Assembly: GCA_041936745.1 (NCBI GenBank)
Contig: JBHGWS010000020.1
Coordinates: forward strand, 294 to 64,293
Reading direction: 5' to 3'
From: Candidatus Darwinibacter acetoxidans
GTDB taxonomy: Bacteria; Bacillota; Limnochordia; Darwinibacteriales; Darwinibacteriaceae
Length of the DNA stretch: 64,000 nucleotides
Of this stretch, positions 29,014-38,131 are shown piece after piece; position 1 is the stretch's first letter, and every line of letters starts with the position of its first letter. The translations under genes were made by a program, and so were the position numbers. Below the pieces are notes generated by a model. That model was not told the DNA's origin and searched no databases. It saw nothing but the letters and a program-made list of their open reading frames with translations.

Positions 29014-30744
29014 GTGAAGAAAAGACTTTTTGTGTTGGCTTTAGTCTTAACGCTTGTTGTTGGTATGGGAGTTGCCCGCGCAGTGGAACTTTTGGATCCG
29101 CGAGAGCTCGATGTGGAAAATTGGTTAGGCGACAGTATCGGCCGCTACGGCGGGACCATGTCCGTTTATGCCGGCGTTTCCGGGCCCAAGACCTTAAACC
29201 CGCATAGAGCCGCTGAAACTTCCAGCACGGATGTTACAGGTAGGATCTTTGAGGGCCTGGTAACCTTGGATCGGAACACAGGTGAAGTACTGCCTAAGTT
29301 AGCCAGGGATTACGAAATCAGTGAAGACGGCACAGAAGTAACTTTCTATCTGCGCCGGGGCGTTCAGTGGCATGACGGCACGGAGTTCACTGCCGATGAC
29401 ATCGTCTTTACCTTTGATGTAGTTTATGATCCGAACGTGGGCTCCAACTCCAGAGCGGGGCTGCTTATTGACGGCGAACCGATGGAAGTAATTAAAATCG
29501 ACAAGTATACCGTCAAATTTATCCTGCCGCGTCCGCATGCACCGATTATGTACAGCATCGGCACGCCCGTTGTACCTGTGCACATACTCGGTGAGGCTCA
29601 TAAAGAAGGCCGCTACCACGAAATGTGGGGTATCGATACGCCCGTTCAGGACATCATTGGTACCGGTGCTTGGAAGATTGACTCTTATCGCATTGACCAA
29701 GAATTAATCATGGTCAAGTTCGACGATTATTATGAGTTCGATAATGTGGGCAATAGGCTGCCGTATCTCAACAGGGTAATTTTCCGGTACTATCCTGACT
29801 CCGATGCAGCAAACTTAGCATTCTTCCACGGCGAATTTGACTATAAAGGCATTCCGGCAGACTCTTATCCGGAGTTTGTGGACAGAGAGCCGGACAGCCC
29901 CTGGACCATCGTGCAGGCAGGCCCCAACCCCGGTACTGAATTTATCGTCCTTAACCGCAATCCGAATACCGTGCCGGAGCCAATGTTTTCTTGGTTCAGC
30001 GATGTAAAATTCCGCCAGGCACTCTATCATGCAGTTGACAAGCAGACAATTCTTGATATGGCCATGAACGGCATGGGCTATATCCAGGAAAGCCCGGTGA
30101 ACATGCGCAATGAATTCTTCCTGAAAAAAGATATTAAAACCTATCCCTATGATCTCGACGTTGCCCACGAAAAACTTGAAGCAGCGGGCTATGTATTAGA
30201 CGAGAACGGTGTCCGCCGCGACCGGGATGGCAACCGTATTGAGTTTAACTTGGTTACTAACCCCGGCGTACCGATTCGCCAAATCGTCGGCGAGCTTTTC
30301 CAAGAAGACATGGCCGAGTTAGGAATTAAAGTGAACTTCCATATGATCGACTTTAACGTGGTGGTTGAAATGCTCAGTAGTACTTTCGAGTGGGAAGCGA
30401 TAATTATCGGCTTAACGGGCACATTTGATCCTAACGGTATGTCTAATGTCTATCTCTCCAGTGGGAATTTGCACATGTGGTATCCCTTCCAAGAGACTCC
30501 GGCAACCGAGTGGGAAGCAGCCATTGACGAAGTTTGGTTTAAGCAGCAGAGGGCTATGATTCCGGAAGAACGCCGAGAATATTTCTATGAGTTCCAAGAC
30601 ATCATGGCAGAGAATGTTCCCATGTTCTTTACGGCAACCTCTGAGAACATGGTGGCAATTCGCGATCACCTCCGCAACGCAACGCCGGATATCATCGGCG
30701 GTTCAGTGGGCAGTGCTTGGAACTTTATCTGGCTTGACAGATAA
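29014..30744 (+). CDS. ABC transporter substrate-binding protein, family 5, copy 2 (tandem paralog)
   Basis: GTG 29014 after AAGGAGG; 576 aa; protein and DNA collinear with copy 1 along the whole length (~80-85% identity by eye). Confidence 0.85.
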   Translation: MKKRLFVLALVLTLVVGMGVARAVELLDPRELDVENWLGDSIGRYGGTMSVYAGVSGPKTLNPHRAAETSSTDVTGRIFEGLVTLDRNTGEVLPKLARDYEISEDGTEVTFYLRRGVQWHDGTEFTADDIVFTFDVVYDPNVGSNSRAGLLIDGEPMEVIKIDKYTVKFILPRPHAPIMYSIGTPVVPVHILGEAHKEGRYHEMWGIDTPVQDIIGTGAWKIDSYRIDQELIMVKFDDYYEFDNVGNRLPYLNRVIFRYYPDSDAANLAFFHGEFDYKGIPADSYPEFVDREPDSPWTIVQAGPNPGTEFIVLNRNPNTVPEPMFSWFSDVKFRQALYHAVDKQTILDMAMNGMGYIQESPVNMRNEFFLKKDIKTYPYDLDVAHEKLEAAGYVLDENGVRRDRDGNRIEFNLVTNPGVPIRQIVGELFQEDMAELGIKVNFHMIDFNVVVEMLSSTFEWEAIIIGLTGTFDPNGMSNVYLSSGNLHMWYPFQETPATEWEAAIDEVWFKQQRAMIPEERREYFYEFQDIMAENVPMFFTATSENMVAIRDHLRNATPDIIGGSVGSAWNFIWLDR

Positions 30745-30762
30745 AGACTAAGCTGCAAGCTT

Positions 30763-30794
30763 AAAGGCACCCTGCAGCGGGGTGCCTTTTTTGT
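30763..30794 (+). terminator. rho-independent terminator after SBP copy 2
   Basis: AGGCACCCTGCAGCGGGGTGCCTTTTTT. Confidence 0.55.
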
Positions 30795-30810
30795 GTTATT
30801 TAAAATAGGT

Positions 30811-30856
30811 TTAAAAAACCATCTCTACCCCTAGCTGATCAGGGGAGCAGAGATGG
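30811..30856 (-). terminator. rho-independent terminator immediately downstream of atpH (minus strand)
   Basis: CCATCTCTGCTCCCCT...AGGGGTAGAGATGG hairpin followed, on the minus strand, by TTTTTTAA. Confidence 0.5.
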
Positions 30857-30860
30857 CTTG

Positions 30861-31385
30861 TTATTTGTCAAGGCTCAAGCTCTGGGCCAGACGCTGTAAT
30901 GCGTTGCTAACACTGGCGTCAACAACTCGGCCGCCTATTCTAATGATCAACCCGCCGCCTATTTTAGGATCAACTTTGTTTCGCAAAATAATTTTTTTCC
31001 GCGAAAGTTCCTCCAGGCGTTTGGTCAGCCTGGCCAAACTGGCATCGCTGAGGGTTACTGCTGAAGTTACTTCGGCTACCGCAGTGTTTTGTGCTTCTAA
31101 GACAAGCTTTTCAAATTCTCTGGCAATGAAAGGCAGAAGTACATCTCGCGACTTTTCCACAAGTAACAACAGGAAGTGTTCCATGGTATGAGATAAGCCC
31201 AGCAGGCGGATCATTTCGCCTTTGCGCTTTTTAGAAGTGCGGGGGTAAAAAAACACCTGTGCTACCTGAGGGTCTCGCAAAACTAGAGCGGCGTTCTTGA
31301 ATTCTTCCACTGTCCGGGCGCGGTCCGCCTGGGGGATTACGGAGAATAAGGCCTGGGCATAACGGGCGGCAATTTGTGTACTCAT
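30861..31385 (-). CDS. atpH: F-type ATP synthase subunit delta (OSCP)
   Basis: 174 aa; OSCP family motifs IAARYAQALF and C-terminal IGGGLIIRIGGRVVDASV. Confidence 0.9.
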   Translation of the reverse strand: MSTQIAARYAQALFSVIPQADRARTVEEFKNAALVLRDPQVAQVFFYPRTSKKRKGEMIRLLGLSHTMEHFLLLLVEKSRDVLLPFIAREFEKLVLEAQNTAVAEVTSAVTLSDASLARLTKRLEELSRKKIILRNKVDPKIGGGLIIRIGGRVVDASVSNALQRLAQSLSLDK

Positions 31386-31879
31386 ACCAAGCCCTCTTCA
31401 TCTAAGGCTTCTAACTGGCCCAGGGCTTGTTCAATCAAGTGCTGATGCTGGGCTTCGTCTAAAGATTCCTGAATTACCTTGGAGGCCAGCAGCAGCGAAA
31501 GTTCCCCCACCTGTGTTTTTAATTCCGCCCAGGCTTTTTCTTTTTCCAAACGCGTTTCTTCCTGCGCCCGCCGCTTCAGCGCTGCCGACTCTTTTTTGGC
31601 TTCCGCCAGGATCTCGGCCTGCAGTGCCTCAGCACGTTTGGCAGCCTCGTCCAGGTATTGGCGGGCGGCCTGCTTACTTTCTTCCGCCTGCTTTTCTAAT
31701 TTGAGGCGGAGAGCCTCTGCAGCGGCCTCGTTTTCTTCCGCCGATTTAATCTGCTGTTCAATTTCCGCCGTCCTTTTAGCCATAAACTCCCGCACCGGTT
31801 TATAAAGCAGCCGATACATGAGGGCTACCAACAAGATAAAGTTGATCAGTTGAGCTGGAAGTTGCGTTCCATCTATCAA
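31382..31879 (-). CDS. atpF: F-type ATP synthase subunit b
   Basis: 165 aa; N-terminal TM then long charged coiled coil (EAEAA...LRLKLEKQAEE). Confidence 0.9.
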   Translation of the reverse strand: MIDGTQLPAQLINFILLVALMYRLLYKPVREFMAKRTAEIEQQIKSAEENEAAAEALRLKLEKQAEESKQAARQYLDEAAKRAEALQAEILAEAKKESAALKRRAQEETRLEKEKAWAELKTQVGELSLLLASKVIQESLDEAQHQHLIEQALGQLEALDEEGLV

Positions 31880-31939
31880 AACAAGTCACCCTTTATACCA
31901 AAATTCTGGGAAGGGGTGCAAAACTGCACCCCGGGTTTT

Positions 31940-32221
31940 TTAGCCTGTAAGTTCCAAAAGGCGTTCTACCAAGGGTCGTGCTATCGTAAAGATCATCAGT
32001 AAAACTACAGCCAAGGCATAAATAGCACCCGACTCAGAAATAGCCTGCCCCAAAATCATGGTGGTTCTAATTGAACCCTCTGCCTCGGGCTGGCGTCCAA
32101 TAGCTTCAACTGCTTTGGCAGCAACCCAACCTTCACCAATACCTACCAATCCACCGGCCAATAACGCGATAGAAGATCCCACTGCAACAGCGGAAATCAC
32201 AATTGCAATTGCTAGTTCCAT
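31940..32221 (-). CDS. atpE: F-type ATP synthase subunit c (proteolipid)
   Basis: 93 aa; two-TM hairpin with GRQPE loop and the ion-binding Glu in the C-terminal helix. Confidence 0.95.
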   Translation of the reverse strand: MELAIAIVISAVAVGSSIALLAGGLVGIGEGWVAAKAVEAIGRQPEAEGSIRTTMILGQAISESGAIYALAVVLLMIFTIARPLVERLLELTG

Positions 32222-32258
32222 GATTCCATCTCCCTCCCTTCATCACTGTGTTCAAGGT

Positions 32259-32903
32259 TTACTCCAATCTAATCTGGATATAAGCTATGGCTAACATGGT
32301 AAATACACCGGCTTGAATTACGCCCATCAAAATGCCAAACCATGCTAAAAGAGGCACGGGTGCAACGTAAGGGACTAACATATATAGAATGCCTAAAAGA
32401 ATTCCTCCCCCGAAGATGTTGCCGAACAGGCGGAAAGAGTGGGAAAGGATTTGGGATATTTCTCCCACAATGTTAATGGGGAACAGAAACCAAAATGGCT
32501 CAAAGAAGCCTTTAATCCAAGAGCCAAAGCCTTTGTAATAGATTTCCGCGGCATGCCCTACTATAAATACTAAAAGCGCCAAGGCGACAGTAGTAGTCAG
32601 ATCAGCCGTGGGCGACATGGCTCCCGGGATAATGCTGATAATATTGGCCACAAAGACAAACAGGGCAATAGTTAAAATTAAAGGGACGAACACTTTACCG
32701 CGCGGCCCCATATCGGCAGCAACCAAATTTTCAATGCCCTCAACGGCGGCTTCCAAAAAATGCTGCATTCCCCGGGGGATTTTCTCCAATTTACGGGTCA
32801 AAAGAAAACTGCCTAAGCTGAGTACAAACATTATAATCCAGGTAAAGAGTACAGCGTCACTGACGGGAAAAGAGTAAATATAAAAAAGGATGTTAGTCTC
32901 CAT
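32259..32903 (-). CDS. atpB: F-type ATP synthase subunit a
   Basis: 214 aa; 5-6 TM; conserved essential Arg in the LSHSFRLFGNIFGG region. Confidence 0.9.
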   Translation of the reverse strand: METNILFYIYSFPVSDAVLFTWIIMFVLSLGSFLLTRKLEKIPRGMQHFLEAAVEGIENLVAADMGPRGKVFVPLILTIALFVFVANIISIIPGAMSPTADLTTTVALALLVFIVGHAAEIYYKGFGSWIKGFFEPFWFLFPINIVGEISQILSHSFRLFGNIFGGGILLGILYMLVPYVAPVPLLAWFGILMGVIQAGVFTMLAIAYIQIRLE

Positions 32904-33270
32904 AATTTGCCCTCCCTCTCACAAGGTGATAATAAATTGCCAGGCGCGGTAATAACAGGCCGCCTAATGTGGCAAAAAAACTGGTGTTGGCAGTTAAAAG
33001 AGAAACGGCAAGGGCCGCCGCATAAAGAGAATTGCGTTTAAGAAAGCTTTTCCAATGATAGCGTTTCACATCATCTCGGGTTATTATCCCCGCCGAGTAA
33101 TCCTTCAACAGCTTCGCACTGTCCAAGATAAGTAAGCGAAAAGTCAGTGAACCAATTAAACCGCCCAATAAAAATCCGGATCCAACAGGAAAGTGAAACC
33201 AGATGGCGCCAAAACTCAGCGCAAAGGTTAAGATGAGGGTGCTTTTAAAGATCTGGTTTTCGTTGAACAT
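32893..33270 (-). CDS. atpI: ATP synthase protein I (AtpI)
   Basis: 125 aa small membrane protein immediately upstream of atpB in the operon. Confidence 0.6.
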   Translation of the reverse strand: MFNENQIFKSTLILTFALSFGAIWFHFPVGSGFLLGGLIGSLTFRLLILDSAKLLKDYSAGIITRDDVKRYHWKSFLKRNSLYAAALAVSLLTANTSFFATLGGLLLPRLAIYYHLVRGRANYGD

Positions 33271-33542
33271 TAATCGGGCTCCGAATCTTGGGATGTGATC
33301 TTAAGTATCAGCCGATAGGCGGACCAAATTCCTGAAAAAGACCCTATCAGTATAAAGATTACGGTCAGGATCCCTTGGGTCTGAAAACGGCCATCTAAGT
33401 ATATCCCGAGAAGGGTAGCGGCTAAAACCGTCAAGGTAATCGTTATGCCCACCTGGGTAATCAAAGACAAATACTTAAAAGTACCTTTCATGCTTAACCC
33501 TATCTTTCCTTGGAAACCGTCGTATAATTTACTGTTCCACAC
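33270..33542 (-). CDS. atpZ: AtpZ-like small membrane protein (putative F0F1-ATPase-associated subunit)
   Basis: Two-TM protein at the head of the atp operon; the internal ATG at 33491 (MKGTFKYL...) would give the ~73 aa typical of AtpZ. Confidence 0.55.
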   Translation of the reverse strand: MWNSKLYDGFQGKIGLSMKGTFKYLSLITQVGITITLTVLAATLLGIYLDGRFQTQGILTVIFILIGSFSGIWSAYRLILKITSQDSEPD

Positions 33543-33660
33543 TGTTCTTGGATTTCCTTCTTGGGCCCAGTTAATTCTCTGGCAAGGGCAGGAATGTTAT
33601 CATGAGTAGCGAAACCTTAAGTCAGCTAATTCTGATTCAGGTAGGAGCATCGAAAAATTA

Positions 33661-34989
33661 ATGAAAATAGGTATTGTCTCTTTAGGATGTGCAAAAAACT
33701 TAGTTGACACTGAGATTGTACTCGGTTTTTTACAAAAAGCCGGCCATGAATTTGTCAGCGATGCGCAGCAGGCGGAAATAATTATTATTAATACCTGCGG
33801 GTTCATTGCAGAGGCTAAGGAAGAATCCATCGATTCTATTTTTGAAATGGCGGCCTTGAAAAAGGCCGGGAACTGCCGGGGTTTGATTGTTATTGGCTGC
33901 CTGTCGCAGCGCTACTCAGAAAAGCTTTGGCAAGAAATTCCTGAGATAGACGGGATTTTAGGCAGCAATGAATTGGATTTAGTACCCCAAGTTGTGGAGG
34001 AAGTTGCCAGAGGCCGGCGCCTGCGGAAAATAAGAGGTGCACTCTTTGATTATAACCAAGTTTACCCGCGGGTCTCTACAACCGGTGGCCATTTGGCATA
34101 TCTCAAGATCGCGGAAGGCTGCAGCCACCGCTGTGCTTTTTGCGTTATTCCCAAAATTAGAGGCCCGTACCGCAGCAGGCAGCCTTCCGTTATTTTGGAA
34201 GAAGCGGGCCAAATGGCGCAAAACGGCGTGCAGGAGATAGCTGTCATTGCGCAGGACACGACCGCTTACGGCAGAGATTTGGGTACAGGAATAGAAGATT
34301 TATTGGCGGATTTGGCGAAAGTACCAATACCTTGGCTGCGCCTGCTTTACACGTATCCAACCGCAATTTCTGATACGCTTTTAGATATCATAGGCAGGGA
34401 AGAAAGAATCGTCAAATACGTTGACTTACCCCTGCAGCACGTGTCAAAGCCCGTTTTGCGCCGCATGAAGCGGCCCGGCGATTACGAAGCCAATCTGCGT
34501 TTGGTGGAAAAGATCAGGGAGCGGATTCCCGGGGTGGTTATCCGCAGTTCCTTTATAGTCGGTTTTCCCGGCGAAAGGGAGCACGATTTCCAAAAACTCC
34601 TGCAGTTTTTAGAGGAGGCGAGACTAAACCACGTGGGAATCTTTAAATATTCCCGGGAAGAAAACTCGTCAGCTTACAAGCTTCAGCCTCAGATCGCTTT
34701 TGCGGTTAAAAAAGAGCGCCAGCAGGAAGCCATGGCGCGGCAGCGGCAAATTTCACTGGAATTGAATCGGCAATTAGTGGGAAAAACAGTGGATGTCCTG
34801 CTGGAACATGTTTCAACGGAATCTGAGCTGGTCCTGCTCGGGCGCCACCAAGGCCAAGCGCCGGATGTTGACGGATGTGTTTATGTCGGCCGGGGGAGTC
34901 TTGAGCCAGGCCGGATTGTCCCGGTAAAAATTACAGAAGCCCACCCCTACGACTTGGTGGGAGAGGTGGTTGAAAATGAATTTACCTAA
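33661..34989 (+). CDS. rimO: ribosomal protein S12 methylthiotransferase RimO (MTTase domain + radical SAM + TRAM)
   Basis: 442 aa; N-terminal MKIGIVSLGCAKNLVDTE, radical-SAM CSHRCAFC, C-terminal TRAM; length favours RimO over MiaB. Confidence 0.75.
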   Translation: MKIGIVSLGCAKNLVDTEIVLGFLQKAGHEFVSDAQQAEIIIINTCGFIAEAKEESIDSIFEMAALKKAGNCRGLIVIGCLSQRYSEKLWQEIPEIDGILGSNELDLVPQVVEEVARGRRLRKIRGALFDYNQVYPRVSTTGGHLAYLKIAEGCSHRCAFCVIPKIRGPYRSRQPSVILEEAGQMAQNGVQEIAVIAQDTTAYGRDLGTGIEDLLADLAKVPIPWLRLLYTYPTAISDTLLDIIGREERIVKYVDLPLQHVSKPVLRRMKRPGDYEANLRLVEKIRERIPGVVIRSSFIVGFPGEREHDFQKLLQFLEEARLNHVGIFKYSREENSSAYKLQPQIAFAVKKERQQEAMARQRQISLELNRQLVGKTVDVLLEHVSTESELVLLGRHQGQAPDVDGCVYVGRGSLEPGRIVPVKITEAHPYDLVGEVVENEFT

Positions 34990-35497
34990 TTTTTTAACTC
35001 TGCTTAGGATATTATTGGTACCGATCTTCACCTTTGCTGTTTTACGGGGGCCTTTCCCCGGCAATCTGACGGCGGCCGTCATCTTTATTATCGCCGCCAT
35101 CACCGACGGCTTAGACGGCTATCTAGCCAGGCGGCGGCAGGAAGTGACTAGATTTGGCCAACTCATCGATCCCATAGCCGATAAGCTGCTTATAACTGCG
35201 GCCCTTTTGGCTTTGGTAGAATTGGGTGCAGTGAGCACATGGGCCGCGTTAGTGATCATCGGGCGGGAATTCGCCGTTTCGGGCCTGCGGATTTTGGCTG
35301 CCAGCGACGGCAAGGTAATTGCTGCCTCTAATTGGGGCAAGGCAAAGACCTTAAGCCAGATCGCAGCGGTAGCCGGATTAATCCTCGGTATTTCCTGGGC
35401 CAATGTTTTACTCTGGCTGGCGGTTTTGGCAACTATCATCTCAGGTGTAGATTATTTCCTCAAGGCCCAAGATATACTAAAAAGGTCCATGCAATAG
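34976..35497 (+). CDS. pgsA: CDP-diacylglycerol--glycerol-3-phosphate 3-phosphatidyltransferase
   Basis: ATG 34976 (MNLPNFLTLLRILL); CDP-alcohol phosphatidyltransferase motif DGLDGYLARR...G...D...D. Confidence 0.9.
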   Translation: MNLPNFLTLLRILLVPIFTFAVLRGPFPGNLTAAVIFIIAAITDGLDGYLARRRQEVTRFGQLIDPIADKLLITAALLALVELGAVSTWAALVIIGREFAVSGLRILAASDGKVIAASNWGKAKTLSQIAAVAGLILGISWANVLLWLAVLATIISGVDYFLKAQDILKRSMQ

Positions 35498-35584
35498 TAT
35501 GTTATAATAATAAGCGTCAGTATGAAATTACTGGCCTTTATTATTCCTAAAGGGCAAACATACGTTAGTGAGGGATAATTTCTA

Positions 35585-36160
35585 TTGAACTTGCATGGGT
35601 TTCAAATAAAAAAGGCTCTGGTTATCTTTATCTTGATTATCGCTGCCGGCATGGCCATACAGTATTTTCTTTACCAATCGAGGGTCATCAACCCTCTGGG
35701 GTGGGAACTGGCAGGCCTGCCCGGCGTCTTGAAAGCAGAGGTCGTGCAAAAAGGCTTAAGCAGCCGCGCACCTTCGACCGTGCATTTAACGTTGGCTGAG
35801 GATGTCCCTTTAAGCCTGACCTTTCAAGGTATTTGGCGGGCACTGGAGGAGGCGGGTGGCGAATTTATTATCGAATTGGAGGATTCCGCCGATCCGGCGC
35901 TTTTAAATTTATTCCCAAAAGTCCAACTGCTGATCGAAGAGGCCGTCATGACAGGGGAATTCACGCTGTTAGAAAAACGGGTGCACCAGCTCGCCCAATC
36001 TTATAACAGCTTAGGCGATGTTACGTTGGACCGCAATTATGTTTATCTGCGTTTGCAAAACGAAAGAGGTATGCTGCAGAGGGTTATCAGCCGCGGCAGG
36101 GAGGAAGGCAGAATTAAAATAGGGGCGGGAAGGGTGGCAACAGATGCAGAAGTGGGCTAG
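35585..36160 (+). CDS. hypothetical membrane-anchored protein (one N-terminal TM), translationally coupled to the downstream FtsH-like protease
   Basis: 191 aa; TTG start; no motifs I can assign to a family; 17-nt overlap with the next gene. Confidence 0.4.
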   Translation: MNLHGFQIKKALVIFILIIAAGMAIQYFLYQSRVINPLGWELAGLPGVLKAEVVQKGLSSRAPSTVHLTLAEDVPLSLTFQGIWRALEEAGGEFIIELEDSADPALLNLFPKVQLLIEEAVMTGEFTLLEKRVHQLAQSYNSLGDVTLDRNYVYLRLQNERGMLQRVISRGREEGRIKIGAGRVATDAEVG

Positions 36161-37658
36161 GGAAATAGCTGTGGGCGGCGGGGCCGCTGCTCTGGTACTC
36201 GTTTATCTTGCCGGGTTTGACATCACCGTGTTACTGCTTCCTGTCAGCCTTGTGGTTTTGGCCGCTTTGGTGTTGAGCAGGGGAGCGCCTTGGCAGACGA
36301 AGTTCAGTTTAGCCGGCTTGGGGGATGCTGACAACAGCAAAATCCCGCTTGTAACTTTCGCGGACATCGGCGGTTTGGAGATGGCCAAGAGGGAATTTGT
36401 AGAAGCTTTGACATTTCTTAAGGAAACAGAAAACACGGCCCGCCTGGGGATCAGGCCTATTAAGGGGATCCTTTTGGCCGGCCCTCCGGGTACAGGAAAA
36501 ACTTTAATGGCTAAAGCTGCGGCAAATTACACCGGTTCCGCTTTTGTGACAGCGTCCGGTTCCCAATTTGTGCAGATGTACGCCGGGGTGGGCGCAAGCA
36601 GGGTCCGCCAGATTTTTAAAGAAGCCCGCAGTTTAGCCGAGCAAAAAGGTAAACGCAGTGCTATAATCTTTATAGACGAAATAGATGTTTTAGGCGTTAA
36701 AAGAGGGCAGCACCAGAGCCATTTGGAATATGATCAAACTTTAAACGAGCTTTTGGCCCAAATTGACGGGGTGCAGAGCAGCCACACAGTCCAGGTGTTA
36801 GTGGTGGGGGCAACTAACCGCAGTGATCTATTGGATCCTGCACTACTGCGCCCGGGCAGGTTTGATCGGATCGTCCAAGTCGATCTGCCGGATAAGAAAG
36901 GGAGGCTGCATATTTTGCAGATTCATGCCCGAGGTAAACCGTTGGCGGCGGAAGTGGATCTTGCGAGTGTGGCTGCAGAGACATTCGGATTTTCCGGCGC
37001 TCATTTAGAAAATTTATTGAACGAGGCGGCAATCAACGCGCTGCGCCAAGGCAGGCAGGAAATTACTTCTTTAGATATCAGTGAGGCCATTGAAAAAGTG
37101 ATGTTGGGTGAAAAATCCTGCCGCACGCCCAGTGCCGCGGAAAAAGAAAGAATTGCCTGCCACGAGGTGGGACATGCCCTAATCAGCGAGACAGTCCGGC
37201 CCGGTTCCGTTGCTTCCATCAGCATAACTTCGCGCAGCAACGCCCTAGGTTATATCAGGCAAAATCCCCAAAAGGATCAGTACCTCTACACAAAAGAAGA
37301 ACTAATCAACAATATCCAAGTTTGCGTTGCCGGAGCGGTCAGTGAAGAGCTCATTTTAGGCCAACGGTCCACAGGCGCCGTAGGCGACATTAAGCAGGCT
37401 GTGGATTTAGCGAAGAAAATGGTATTCGCCGGGCTTTCCTCCCGAGGTATCGTCAGTTCTGAGTTGCCTAATAATATTCTTCATGATACGATAGCAGAAA
37501 TTATTGGGGAGCAGGAACAAGCTGTAAAATCCTGCCTGGAAAAGCACATCAACGTTATTAGAGAAATCGCGGCTTACCTTTTAGAGCAGGAAAGCATCAG
37601 CGGGGCAGAGTTCCGCAGGCGGCTAAACTCAGGGCGGCAGCAAAAAGCGGGCCAATAA
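36144..37658 (+). CDS. FtsH-family AAA+ zinc metalloprotease paralog lacking the extracytoplasmic domain
   Basis: 504 aa; two adjacent TM helices; AAA module (GPPGTGKT, IIFIDEID, SRH ATNRSDLLDPALLRPGRFDR); M41 protease with HEVGH and downstream Asp ligand (GAVGDIKQA). Confidence 0.75.
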   Translation: MQKWAREIAVGGGAAALVLVYLAGFDITVLLLPVSLVVLAALVLSRGAPWQTKFSLAGLGDADNSKIPLVTFADIGGLEMAKREFVEALTFLKETENTARLGIRPIKGILLAGPPGTGKTLMAKAAANYTGSAFVTASGSQFVQMYAGVGASRVRQIFKEARSLAEQKGKRSAIIFIDEIDVLGVKRGQHQSHLEYDQTLNELLAQIDGVQSSHTVQVLVVGATNRSDLLDPALLRPGRFDRIVQVDLPDKKGRLHILQIHARGKPLAAEVDLASVAAETFGFSGAHLENLLNEAAINALRQGRQEITSLDISEAIEKVMLGEKSCRTPSAAEKERIACHEVGHALISETVRPGSVASISITSRSNALGYIRQNPQKDQYLYTKEELINNIQVCVAGAVSEELILGQRSTGAVGDIKQAVDLAKKMVFAGLSSRGIVSSELPNNILHDTIAEIIGEQEQAVKSCLEKHINVIREIAAYLLEQESISGAEFRRRLNSGRQQKAGQ

Positions 37659-38099
37659 GGCGGTGATCCCCGCAGCCATAATTGGGCCGACGGAAACTCC
37701 GCCGAAGAAGAAAACGCTGATTGTTACACCGATTAATATCCCGGGGACGATTGTGGGCTCCACGGCAATTAAATCTAAGCCTTGGCTGTTGAGATAGGCA
37801 CCGAGTATGCCGCCTGTTACGGCGAAAATCCCTAAAGGGCCTTTAAGTGAAGAGGCAAGACTTTTCAAATTTACTTCTCCTGAGGAAAAAGGGATTAACA
37901 AAGAGACGGTTAAAAGCAAAAGCCCCGCCTCAATGCCTCGCGCTTGAATAAGAGGGAAAAGCCGGTTTAAATTCATCAAATCGAGAAAAAAGACAATCGC
38001 GGCGGCCGCGGCCAGCAGGTTGTTCCTGGCAAACAGCGCCACGACAAAAACAAGCAGCAAGGGTAATGCTGCAGACATAACTATCCCCCCCGTGATCAT
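37629..38099 (-). CDS. small polytopic membrane protein (DUF441/UPF0756-like)
   Basis: 156 aa, 4 TM, Gly/Ala-rich helices. Confidence 0.5.
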   Translation of the reverse strand: MITGGIVMSAALPLLLVFVVALFARNNLLAAAAAIVFFLDLMNLNRLFPLIQARGIEAGLLLLTVSLLIPFSSGEVNLKSLASSLKGPLGIFAVTGGILGAYLNSQGLDLIAVEPTIVPGILIGVTISVFFFGGVSVGPIMAAGITALLARFLLPP

Positions 38100-38131
38100 C
38101 TTATTCCCGGTTTTTTTCTCTATGAAAGGGG

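Noticed and set aside
33543-33660. 76-aa ORF (33600-33830, minus) in the atpZ/rimO divergent region
   Set aside because: Overlaps the rimO start on the opposite strand; no RBS; probably non-coding promoter region.
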